64,000 nt of DNA from a virus, in the IMG/VR virus record IMGVR_UViG_3300042924_003416, positions 21,774-85,773 of that record; one strand, given 5' to 3'. The translations under genes and the position numbers were made by a program. This document shows, one piece after another, positions 1 to 10,000 of the stretch. The notes beneath the pieces were generated by a model that saw only the letters and a program-made list of their open reading frames with translations, was not told where the DNA came from and searched no databases. Each line of letters begins with the position of its first letter. Within the stretch, counting starts at the first letter, position 1.

Positions 1-2
1 AT

Positions 3-2570
3 AGTCCTACTGCAGTAAACATATCTAAAGGAAATAAAAGATATTTAGTAGCTGCTAGAGATTTACCTGCCGGTACTGAAATTACTACTAACTATAGATT
101 ACAACCTGAGTTAGAACAACCTGAAGACTTTATGCAAAAAGGAGGAATGACTCCTCAGAAAGATGGTTATAGAACTTATTCACCATTTAAAAATCTTCCT
201 TTTATTGATGTAGAAACAGACACTATTGATACAGACAATATAGTATATGATTTACAATTGAGGGCTAATAATGGAGTTACTAAAAATGTACAAAAAAATA
301 CAGGCTTACATAAAATTCCAGGAGCAACTGTTATAAGAGAAATTCCTATGGGTAGAAAAGGAGGATCTGCTCCTAAACTTCCTAAAAAGAAAAACTCTAA
401 AGGATACTCAAGAAGTCTTGAAGCAACAAATAGATTATTTGCAGAACATCCATTCTTTGCTCAATCAAAATCTAGAAAGAATAAAATATATGATCCTAAT
501 TCAAAGTACTTCCAATTTGGTGGTATGTTTACTGAAAAAGGAGCTAATGTATATTTTAATCCAACATACATGAATAACTTTACAGGTGGTACTAATTCAT
601 ATGAAAAAAATATGCTTGGTTCATACCGTACAGGTTTTTCTCCTGTTGTTGGTATAGAAGGTTCATTAAGTAAAAGTAGAAGAGCTGATGAAGAAAAGGG
701 AAGAGGTTGGTTATATAATGCATATGCCGGACTTAATCCTAATGCAATGAAAGAAGGTAACTATACTCCTTCTGCAGGTTTAAGTTTTGATTTTGAAAAT
801 TCACCACAAGATAGAGTCTTTAGACCTTTTGCTCAAATAGGTGCTGACTATAATCCTGATACTGGTCTTAATGCTGGAGCAACAACTGGTGCTAGATTTC
901 CTTTTACACCTTATGGAAATAAAAGAATTAAACCTGGATATGCAATAGGTCATTTAGATATATATGGTGGTATTAGAGGTGGTTATGGTAAAATGAAAGC
1001 TGATGGTGCAGGTCCTTCAGGAGGTTTAGCATATGGTGCAAGAGTTCATGGTAAATATATGCCTGAAAGAAAATCAGTTCTTGGTAAACTGATGGGTAAA
1101 GGTGCTTATTTTTATGGTGATGCAGGAATACAGTTTGATCCTCAAAAAGGTCAACTAAGTCAGAAAATGAAAGATTATACTATTCCTTCTGGAGCGGTTG
1201 ATTATTATGGTAATGCAGCAACAGCTAGTGGAAGTGATCAAGATTCAGGTCTTAAATTTGGTAATACTATTTATGCAAATGTTGGTGTCAAAAAAGAACT
1301 TGATGATATTAAGTTTAAAAAAGATGACAGAGCAAGAAAAATTCAAGAGATTGAAGATAATGAAAAAAGAGCATTTCAGGAAAATGAAATAAAACAAGTA
1401 ATAGAAAAACCTAAAAAAGAATGTCCTGAAGGAGAAGAAAGACATTGTGCTGATTGTCCTTGTGAACCAATAGAAAGAGTAAGTCATCCAAGATGGTTGC
1501 AAGAAGGTGGTGAGTATATTGAAACAGAACTTACTCCAGAAGAAATAGAACAGTATGCTAAAGGAGGGTATATCATAGAAGATATTTCTATACCTTCATT
1601 ACCTAAAGCTCAATTGGGTAAAATTATAAAAAGTACAAAGAATATAGTATTTCCACCAACTCCAGATCAAAAATTTCTTACTAATTATATATCAAATAAT
1701 TTTGGCCCTCATGTTACTTCTCAACATTCAGCAGATATTGCAAGAAGATTAGCAAGAGAACAATATCAACGTGCTGTACTAGATGCTCAACAGGCAGCAC
1801 TGTTTAATGCAAGTAATATAGATATATCTACACTACCTCAACAACGTGTTGCTGATTTACAAAATTTAGTTACACCAGCTATTCAAAGTAAAATAAATAA
1901 AGTTAACTTACATGAAGCAGAAGACTTATTAAAAACTTTAGATCCAAGTGAACTTGATAAATACATTGATTACAGACCATTTAGAATTTATACACCTTCA
2001 GGTAGTTTAGCACTTCATCAAAATACAGATAATTTAAAAGATAACTTATTTTCTTTTAATGTATTTATGAATAAACCTAGAGAAGCTGGATTAGCATTTA
2101 ATTATGCAAATAAGTTTTTTCCATATAAGAATCCATCAATTTTAGAAAAGAATAGTTTGAGTTTAGATTCATTTAACATGTTAGCTAACATGGGTCGTAG
2201 ACCAGAATGGGATATACAATTTGATGATATGATTGATATGAATGCTTTAGCTCGTCATAGTAAATTATTTGAAGGATTACCTTCTGTAGGTAGGATAGGT
2301 GCTGGTCATTTTGATAAAGCTACTGGTGAAGAGATGTTAAGAAGGTTAAATGCTATGATTGCTGAAAAAGGTTTTTCTGAAAAAGCAGACTGGCAATACA
2401 CTCCAATTTCAGGAGATAACTTAGGTATCCATAAATTTATGTTACCTAACTATAAAATAACTAGAAAATACAGTGAAGGTGGAGATTTTGAATATGAACT
2501 TGGAGATGAAGTAGATGAAACTACTATGCAAGAATTAGAAAAATTAGGTTATACATTTGAACAAATATAG
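3..2570 (+). CDS. 5'-truncated virion polyprotein-like protein: C-terminal part of a SET domain, beta-barrel-like segment, Cys-rich linker, repeated xxGG/LPKAQxG motifs
   Basis: The frame of the 132..2570 ORF is open back to position 3 (SPTAVNISKGNKRYLVAARDLPAGTEITTNY, matching the SET C-terminal motif). Motifs FMQKGG, GRKGG, FQFGG, LQEGG, LPKAQLG, YSEGG. Confidence 0.75.
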   Translation, partial: SPTAVNISKGNKRYLVAARDLPAGTEITTNYRLQPELEQPEDFMQKGGMTPQKDGYRTYSPFKNLPFIDVETDTIDTDNIVYDLQLRANNGVTKNVQKNTGLHKIPGATVIREIPMGRKGGSAPKLPKKKNSKGYSRSLEATNRLFAEHPFFAQSKSRKNKIYDPNSKYFQFGGMFTEKGANVYFNPTYMNNFTGGTNSYEKNMLGSYRTGFSPVVGIEGSLSKSRRADEEKGRGWLYNAYAGLNPNAMKEGNYTPSAGLSFDFENSPQDRVFRPFAQIGADYNPDTGLNAGATTGARFPFTPYGNKRIKPGYAIGHLDIYGGIRGGYGKMKADGAGPSGGLAYGARVHGKYMPERKSVLGKLMGKGAYFYGDAGIQFDPQKGQLSQKMKDYTIPSGAVDYYGNAATASGSDQDSGLKFGNTIYANVGVKKELDDIKFKKDDRARKIQEIEDNEKRAFQENEIKQVIEKPKKECPEGEERHCADCPCEPIERVSHPRWLQEGGEYIETELTPEEIEQYAKGGYIIEDISIPSLPKAQLGKIIKSTKNIVFPPTPDQKFLTNYISNNFGPHVTSQHSADIARRLAREQYQRAVLDAQQAALFNASNIDISTLPQQRVADLQNLVTPAIQSKINKVNLHEAEDLLKTLDPSELDKYIDYRPFRIYTPSGSLALHQNTDNLKDNLFSFNVFMNKPREAGLAFNYANKFFPYKNPSILEKNSLSLDSFNMLANMGRRPEWDIQFDDMIDMNALARHSKLFEGLPSVGRIGAGHFDKATGEEMLRRLNAMIAEKGFSEKADWQYTPISGDNLGIHKFMLPNYKITRKYSEGGDFEYELGDEVDETTMQELEKLGYTFEQI

Positions 2571-2572
2571 TC

Positions 2573-5500
2573 ATGGCTAAATATAGAATAACAAGCATTC
2601 CTGCTAATTTACCACAAGCTCAAGATGGAGGATCTTTTTGGAAAAAAAAATATAATGTTGCTAAGAGTAAAAAACTTAAAAGAAATAAAACAAATACTTC
2701 TAAAAGATCTGCAGGAAACTTTTCTAATGAAGTAGGAGAATCTATCTCACAAGACCTACCTATGGTAGAAGTCCAAGGTGTTGATCAACCTTCTTACTGG
2801 AATCAAATGTCAAGTGATGTTGTACAAGGTATAGAATGCCCTCCAGGAAAAGAAAACTTTGAAGGAAATTGTTTAACTGAAGATGAAATTCTTAGTATTC
2901 TAGATGCTAGAACTGCAGAGATGAAACAAAAGAATTTTGATAGACGTGTAGAACAAGGTTTTAAAAAATCAAATGTTTTTGCAGATTCAGAATATGCTTC
3001 AAAAATGTTAGGTCGTTATATTTCTGCTAGGAATCAACAAGAACAAGACTATGATAATTATGCAAATAAGTACTATGATACTTTTAAAAAATCTAAAAAA
3101 AGTGATAAAATACAACCGTTTAAAAAGTTTTCTGCAGAAGAACTAGATCAATTACAAGATGTAGTTGATCAAGAAGGTAATGTAGTTATTGATGAAACAA
3201 CAGGACAACCACTGCAACAAGCTAAAATTGATGCATTTAAAAATAACTTTTTAATTAATAAAACAAAAGATGGTTTTTATGAACTGTATCCAAAAGATAT
3301 TGTTAGAGATAGAATTTTACAAAGTGGTTTTAACGAAGAACAATTTAAAAATTTTTGGGGATTAGATCCAGAACAAGTAAAGGAACAGGTAGGTGATATG
3401 ATAGGTACGGCTAATGAAATCTATAATCAAAGATTACAACAACGTATTATTAAAACAGCCATTGATAAAAATATATCTGTTGAAGATGCAATTAAAACAA
3501 TACCTAAATCTGAAGGTACTCAAACTGGATTAACAAATAGATTTAAAAAATCTACTCAAAAAATAATTGATGACACTTTTGATATCTATACAAATAGTAT
3601 GTTAGAGTCTATGTTGTATGATCCTGATGTTGCAAAAAAAGATGAAGATGTATTTTATTCAGAAGATCCTAAAACAGCATGGGAAAATAAATATCATGCA
3701 GGTGATTTAAAATATATTTCTGACAAACAAAGAAAAGGTCAAAAAGCATATGATGAAGCAATTAAAAATTTTAGTAATATAGGTAGTAGTGGTGCATCAG
3801 ATGAATATTATCAAAATCAAGGTAGGTATGATGACAGGATGGCACAACAAAGATTAAAAAATCAAGGTGTACAAAAAGCAATAAATTTATCAAGAGCTGA
3901 ATCGGCAAGACAAGGAGCACAAGATAAAAAGTTTAATGATGCATTTGGTCAGTATTTAAGTAATCAAGGAACATCTTATCAAAAAGAATTATTAGGAAAA
4001 GCATTTGATAAACTTAGAGCTGACCCTAAAGCAAAAATAAATTTTTTAAGAGATATTGAAAAATATCCAGACTTGGTTATGGGGGATGTTTTTAATTTAA
4101 CAGATGATGAGTCTGGTAAAACATATTCTGATTTATATTCAGAACGTCTTAATGATAGCTATATGAATAGTTTAAAGGCAAGACAAAATACATTTAAAGA
4201 AGGTAGTTATAAACCTGAACTTACAACAGGTAATAAAATATTTGACTATCTTAGACATCCTTTTCATGCAGCATATTATGCAATGCACCCAACACAAGAT
4301 ATGCATGGTAATTGGAATATTGATTATGATACAAGACTAAAGCTTGAAAAAGAAAAAGGTATAAATTTAGGTACTATGGATAAAGTACAAGGATTTAATC
4401 CTATGTCAGTTTTAAATTTGACACCACTTCAAGCTCTTAATCCTTTTAAAATAGGTAGTAATTTAAGACAGGGATATGATAAAGGAAATTTTATAGGAGC
4501 ATTAGGTGATGAAATTGTTGATATTGGTACATCAGTTGGAGCTGCAAAAGGTTTTAATGCATTATCAGGAAGTGGTTTAGGATTAACAAAGGGAGCAGGA
4601 ACTTTAGTAAGTAGTATATTTAATCCCTTTAGTGATATAGGATATGCTTTAAAAGCTGGAAAAAATTTAGATAATGCAACTGATTATATTAAAAAAGGTG
4701 ATTATAAAAATGCAGCTTGGGAAGGTTTAGAAGGTGGATTAAATGCTATACCACTTATAGGCTTACCAAAGTATTTAAAAGGTTTTAATAGATTTAATGA
4801 TGCAACAAGTGGATTTAATTTTAATAGAACATTTAATAATGCAAATCAATTAAATTTTAATAGCCCTAACTTACTTGGAACACAACAAATACCTAAATAT
4901 AATATATTGAATAAAGATGGACAACTCATTCGTAATCAATATAAAAATGGAGGGTCTCTTCCTAAAGCACAATTAGGTAAAATAGTTAGTAGTTTAAAAT
5001 TATTGGAACCTGTAGAAGTATATGGTAAACAATTTTTAAGATCACATTATAATCCTTTATCTTATCCTGTTAAACTTGCTGGTTCAAAAGTAGCAGGTTT
5101 AAGTTCAGGTGCATTTAGACAACCTGGAGAAATTGCAAAAGCATTACTTGCAAAAGAAGGTGATTTAACATACAAAGGTCAAAATACAGTTATAGTAAGA
5201 CCTGGAAGTGAAATTGAAAAAATATATACAGAAGGTGGTAGAGATTTAGTAAAAAATTATATGTTAGGTCAGACAAAAGGATTGCAAGAATTAATGTATG
5301 ATTTTGAAAAAGATCCTGGACTTAACCAAGCAATAGATTATTATGGACCATTAAAAGCATATGAATTATATTCTAAAATACCACATGGTGAAAACTTAGG
5401 TATACAAGATTTTATGAAACAGGCTTCAGGTTTTAGTTTTAATAAAGATAAAGTTATTGATGATCTTATGAGTGGGTTTGATCAAAATCTTAATATATTT

Positions 5501-7018
5501 GATCAATCAAAAAATACTAGATTACTTTTTGATTTAAAAAGAGATTTGGGTGAAGAAGCAGGTAATGCAAAATATAGTGAAATTGCAAAAGATAATTTAA
5601 AATATTTGTTTGATCAGTATGGTAATGACGTTATACCTTTTCAAGCAAATGTAGATCCTATGCATACAAAAGATTTAATACTAAGAGGTAATCCCATAAT
5701 GCCGCTAGATGATATTGGAGGTCATATGGGATTTTTAAAAAAAGGTCCTGATGGTAATTATGATTTTACAACTAGAGATTTGTGGAGTTTTAGACCTAGT
5801 GCTTATGGTAAAAGATATGCTGGAGATAGTACTGCAAAAGCTTTATTTAAAGATGCTCAAGTTCAGTTGATGGATACTTTTGGTAAACCATTTATTCTAC
5901 ATCAAACTAATCCTATTAAATTTAAAGAAGGTGGTGATTTACCAAAAGCTAAGATGGGTTGGCCTCCTGGAGGTTTTAGATCCCTAAGAAAAATTCCAAC
6001 AGTATTTGGTAGAGAAGTTTACAGACCAAGCAGTACTATTTTTAACACAGGAATAAAAACAGGAAATATTCATGTTCCTAAAAAAATAGACTTTTTAAAA
6101 GAAACTGGACCAGAAATAGACGAACGTGTTAGAAGAAATTTAATATGGGATTTTGATGAGTATACTGGAGGAGATCCTGCTAACCTACCAGGAATATCAA
6201 GTTATATAGGTAGAGGTCTAGCATCTCCCACTGAATTAACAAAGTATTTAGGTGATTTTGATTTTAAACCTTTTTCAGATGGATGGCAAGTAAGAAATCA
6301 AATGATGAATGCATTTGATGGACCTCAATGGGCAGCAGGTAAAAATGATTTTTTTACTGAATCTGAATTAATAAACCTTGTTAATCAACAAAGTGAATGG
6401 CAAAAAGCAAGAAATTCATTTGATGATATGTATCCTGAAAATCCTGCTATGGGAATTATGAATGCATTTAGTGGGGATAACAGTAGAGAAGAGTTATTTA
6501 GTAATCTTTACCCTAATGCATCTATGCCAAATTTTAGAAGTAAGTTTACAACACCAGAACAAGAAGCTTTATTACAACAAAATTTACCTTGGCAATATTC
6601 AGTAAGAGATAAAGGTATGCTTAATAGTTGGAAATTAAATCCTTTTCTTGCTGATACACTTAATGATAAAATTTTACCTTCATTTAAAAGACTAACAAAC
6701 TTTAAAAAAGATTTAGCAGATGATAATCATATGGTTGGAGAATATAGAGGAATGTTAGGTGTAAAATATGAAGATTGGAAAAATGCATCACCAGAACAAA
6801 TTAGTAAATGGGCAAAAGAAATAAATAAAAAACTTTATAATAGAGATTTTAATCGTTATAAAAGTGATATAGAAAAACCATTTAAAGGAAGTGATGCATG
6901 GAATCAAATAACATCTCAACCAGGTTGGAAAAATAAAAATGGAGGTGTTGCTATGAAACTTACCAAAAAGGAAATAGACAAATATGTTCAAGGAGGATAC
7001 ATTGTAGAAGAAGAATAA
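2573..7018 (+). CDS. Large virion polyprotein-like protein (1481 aa) with at least three modules delimited by xxGG-LPKAxxG
   Basis: Long ORF starting 2 nt after the upstream stop. Motifs LPQAQDGG, YKNGGSLPKAQLG, FKEGGDLPKAKMG and C-terminal NKNGG...QGGYIVEEE. Confidence 0.7.
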   Translation: MAKYRITSIPANLPQAQDGGSFWKKKYNVAKSKKLKRNKTNTSKRSAGNFSNEVGESISQDLPMVEVQGVDQPSYWNQMSSDVVQGIECPPGKENFEGNCLTEDEILSILDARTAEMKQKNFDRRVEQGFKKSNVFADSEYASKMLGRYISARNQQEQDYDNYANKYYDTFKKSKKSDKIQPFKKFSAEELDQLQDVVDQEGNVVIDETTGQPLQQAKIDAFKNNFLINKTKDGFYELYPKDIVRDRILQSGFNEEQFKNFWGLDPEQVKEQVGDMIGTANEIYNQRLQQRIIKTAIDKNISVEDAIKTIPKSEGTQTGLTNRFKKSTQKIIDDTFDIYTNSMLESMLYDPDVAKKDEDVFYSEDPKTAWENKYHAGDLKYISDKQRKGQKAYDEAIKNFSNIGSSGASDEYYQNQGRYDDRMAQQRLKNQGVQKAINLSRAESARQGAQDKKFNDAFGQYLSNQGTSYQKELLGKAFDKLRADPKAKINFLRDIEKYPDLVMGDVFNLTDDESGKTYSDLYSERLNDSYMNSLKARQNTFKEGSYKPELTTGNKIFDYLRHPFHAAYYAMHPTQDMHGNWNIDYDTRLKLEKEKGINLGTMDKVQGFNPMSVLNLTPLQALNPFKIGSNLRQGYDKGNFIGALGDEIVDIGTSVGAAKGFNALSGSGLGLTKGAGTLVSSIFNPFSDIGYALKAGKNLDNATDYIKKGDYKNAAWEGLEGGLNAIPLIGLPKYLKGFNRFNDATSGFNFNRTFNNANQLNFNSPNLLGTQQIPKYNILNKDGQLIRNQYKNGGSLPKAQLGKIVSSLKLLEPVEVYGKQFLRSHYNPLSYPVKLAGSKVAGLSSGAFRQPGEIAKALLAKEGDLTYKGQNTVIVRPGSEIEKIYTEGGRDLVKNYMLGQTKGLQELMYDFEKDPGLNQAIDYYGPLKAYELYSKIPHGENLGIQDFMKQASGFSFNKDKVIDDLMSGFDQNLNIFDQSKNTRLLFDLKRDLGEEAGNAKYSEIAKDNLKYLFDQYGNDVIPFQANVDPMHTKDLILRGNPIMPLDDIGGHMGFLKKGPDGNYDFTTRDLWSFRPSAYGKRYAGDSTAKALFKDAQVQLMDTFGKPFILHQTNPIKFKEGGDLPKAKMGWPPGGFRSLRKIPTVFGREVYRPSSTIFNTGIKTGNIHVPKKIDFLKETGPEIDERVRRNLIWDFDEYTGGDPANLPGISSYIGRGLASPTELTKYLGDFDFKPFSDGWQVRNQMMNAFDGPQWAAGKNDFFTESELINLVNQQSEWQKARNSFDDMYPENPAMGIMNAFSGDNSREELFSNLYPNASMPNFRSKFTTPEQEALLQQNLPWQYSVRDKGMLNSWKLNPFLADTLNDKILPSFKRLTNFKKDLADDNHMVGEYRGMLGVKYEDWKNASPEQISKWAKEINKKLYNRDFNRYKSDIEKPFKGSDAWNQITSQPGWKNKNGGVAMKLTKKEIDKYVQGGYIVEEE

Positions 7019-7034
7019 ACTTTATAAGTTTATT
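7016..7034 (+). promoter_or_regulatory. Palindromic intergenic motif, copy 1 (candidate late promoter or operator)
   Basis: TAAACTTTATAAGTTTATT, 18/19 identical to 15607-15625; contains the inverted repeat TAAACTT-n3-AAGTTTA. Confidence 0.5.
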
Positions 7035-7075
7035 GATTAAATTAAAATTTAGTATATTAGTATATAACACATCTT

Positions 7076-10000
7076 ATGAAAAAATCAGTAAGAATAAGAA
7101 AAGCTCTTCCAGGTGAAAAACCTGGTTACTATAATAAGACTGCAAAGTTTTTACAAAAAGCTCAAATGGGTATGCAAGTTGGTTCTCCAAGTATGGATCC
7201 TCAAAGATTAAATAAGGTATATGAGAATGTATATATATCATTAAAACAGTCTACTCCTCCTGATGTAGTTTATAATGAACTTGTTACAGAATATGCTTTA
7301 GATCAGGATACTTCATTAAGTATTCTTAGAGCTGCTTTAGGTCAGTTATCTCAAGAAGGTTATTTTGATGAATCTGAATTAGAGGGTGAGAGTACATCTC
7401 AAAGTGAAGAAGAAACTCAAGAAGAAGATACTTCTGCCCAAGAAGAACAACAAGCATCAGATGATGCAGAACAACAACAACTTGCTGAGTCATCTGAAGG
7501 TTATTATGATGATGAAGAAGCATTAAACAATGACACATCCCATCTTGAAGATGAACAGTATGAGCAACAAGAAGCATTTAGATATGGTGGGTACTGGCAA
7601 GATGGTGGAGAAAGTGAAGAAGTATATGATGAATCAGAGTATCAAGATGAAGAAAATTATTCTGATGAATCTGATACACGTGAAAATGTAGTTGATCAAT
7701 ATAATTATCCTGGACAATCAACAATGGAGAAACCTTTCTCTATAGAAGATTTAATGGCTATTACTCCAGGGATGCAAGGACAAGAAGCATTTCCAGATAT
7801 ATCAGCTTATTTAGGTGATTATCAACCTGTAGCAGATTCATATCAACCAGAGAATTATTTACCTCAAGCACAGTATGGTACTATTATTAAAGCTGCTAAA
7901 GCTGCTGCAGATGCACTTAAAGTAGACCCTCCTATCTTAAGACAACCGTTTACTAACTTAAGTACTTTACGTAAGTACATACCTATTTCTACTCTTACAG
8001 GAGAAGCAGTAACTAAATTACCATTAATTGGATCTAAACTTGCACCTAAATTAGCAACTACTTTTACTCAAAATAGAGATGAGTTGTTTAAAGTAATGCA
8101 GGGTCAGTCCCCTAAGACAGGTATATTTAGTCAAACTGGTAGTTATGCTGGTGGAGCTGATGGTAGTTTATCTGCTGATAGATTATTGTTGTATCAAGAT
8201 GATGTATTTAATATTATTGATCAAATAGAAAATGGAGGACGTTCTGCTTTTCAATTTATGGATATTGATCCTGTTGCAAAAAATGATGGATTAATAAGTG
8301 GATTGTATCCATTAGATTCTAAAATTGTAAGTGGTGTTGATGATAATGGTTTTAAATTCTTTGAATTAAATAAAACATTTACTCCAGGTGAAAAATTACC
8401 ATTTGGTACTTTACCTTCTAAAGCTAAAGAAGTTACATTTAAAAATAGATTCTATTATAAGACTGATGAGGCTGGTCAAGTACAAGTATTTGATTCTTTA
8501 GGTAATCCTTTATCTCAAGGTGCTCAAACTAAATTTGAAGTTGCAAGACCTTTTGGAACAACTGTTTCAAGAACACTTACTGATCCAATACTAAGAAATT
8601 CTAATACACCATTTCCTAGTTTTAGAACAGGATACGAAGGTGGAAGACTTACTGAAACTATGGGTGAAAAACCTATGACTTTTGCAGACATGGGTGTAAG
8701 AGGTAAGATTGGTAGAGGATTAGAAACATTTGGTTTTACTGGTTTAAATCTTCCTTTTAGAACAGGAGCTGATGCTATTCAAAAAGTTGACTATCCAGTA
8801 TTTGGATATACTAATAAAGCTTTAGGACCTAATGTAATAGATCCTGCTACTGAAGGATCTTATGCAAAAGATATTGCAAATGCAATGAACTATAAATATA
8901 GAGTTGGCCGTAATACATTACTTGGTCTTGGTGCTCTAGGTGCATTAGGTTATACAGGATATAATGCTTATAATAAATGTCAATGTGAAGATCCTCTTGC
9001 TCCAAACTATCAAATGAAAGATAAGTATGATAACTGTCCTTGTGGTACTGATGTAGGTAGTAGGAGAACTTTAGATCCAACAGCTAATCCTTTTACTGAA
9101 CAAGTTGATCCAAGATCTTTAACTATGCCTGATAGTATGCAATTTCTTATTCAAAAAGGAATTTATCCAAGTGCAGAAAATTATTACAGGTATCAAGATA
9201 GTAATGTTGTAAATCCAAATATGGAGAACAGTATTCCTGCAGATGATTTTGCATATGGTGGTGCATTACCAAGAGCACAAAAAGGTCGTATTATTAAAGG
9301 TGTTGCAAAAACAATGAAAACTTTAAAAGCACAACCTACACCAAAAGGAGTAACCATACCAAAAAATATGTCTGACATTCCAATACCTAAATATAATGTA
9401 AAAGGTATGGATGCAAGAAAAGCATTTGAAGATGATTTAAGACTTGATCAAGATTTTATAGATTTTCAAAATAATGATCAATTTTTACAGTACAGTCCAG
9501 GTTTTCAAACTAACCAACAACGCTTAGATTCTGAACCTCTTCGTGATTTCTTTAAATATGTAACTGGATATTCTGATCCTCTTGAAATAAAACAATTTTT
9601 AAATACCCCTGGTATAACAAAATATAATAAATTTGGTGTCCCTTTTGCAACAAGAGATTTTAAAATGATGCAAACACCTTTTGAAGATCCTTTTAATCTT
9701 TTAGATGATGGTTTTAATATACCACCTTATCAAAAAGGAGGTATTTCAAAAAATCAGTTTATTAAAAAGTTTACTTCAATGTATCAAGAAGGTGGGGAAA
9801 AAGATCCAAAAGATCCTTCACTAGGTAAAGGAAAAAGGTTTGATACTCTTACTAATGATGTAGAAGCTAGAAAAGATATATTTAAAAGTAAACTTAAAAA
9901 TAATTCTAATGTAGCTCTTACAGAAGAGATATATAAAAATGCTCAGAGTAATCCTCAGATTCTAAGCATGTTAATGCAAGATGGTCAAAAAGAAAATCTT

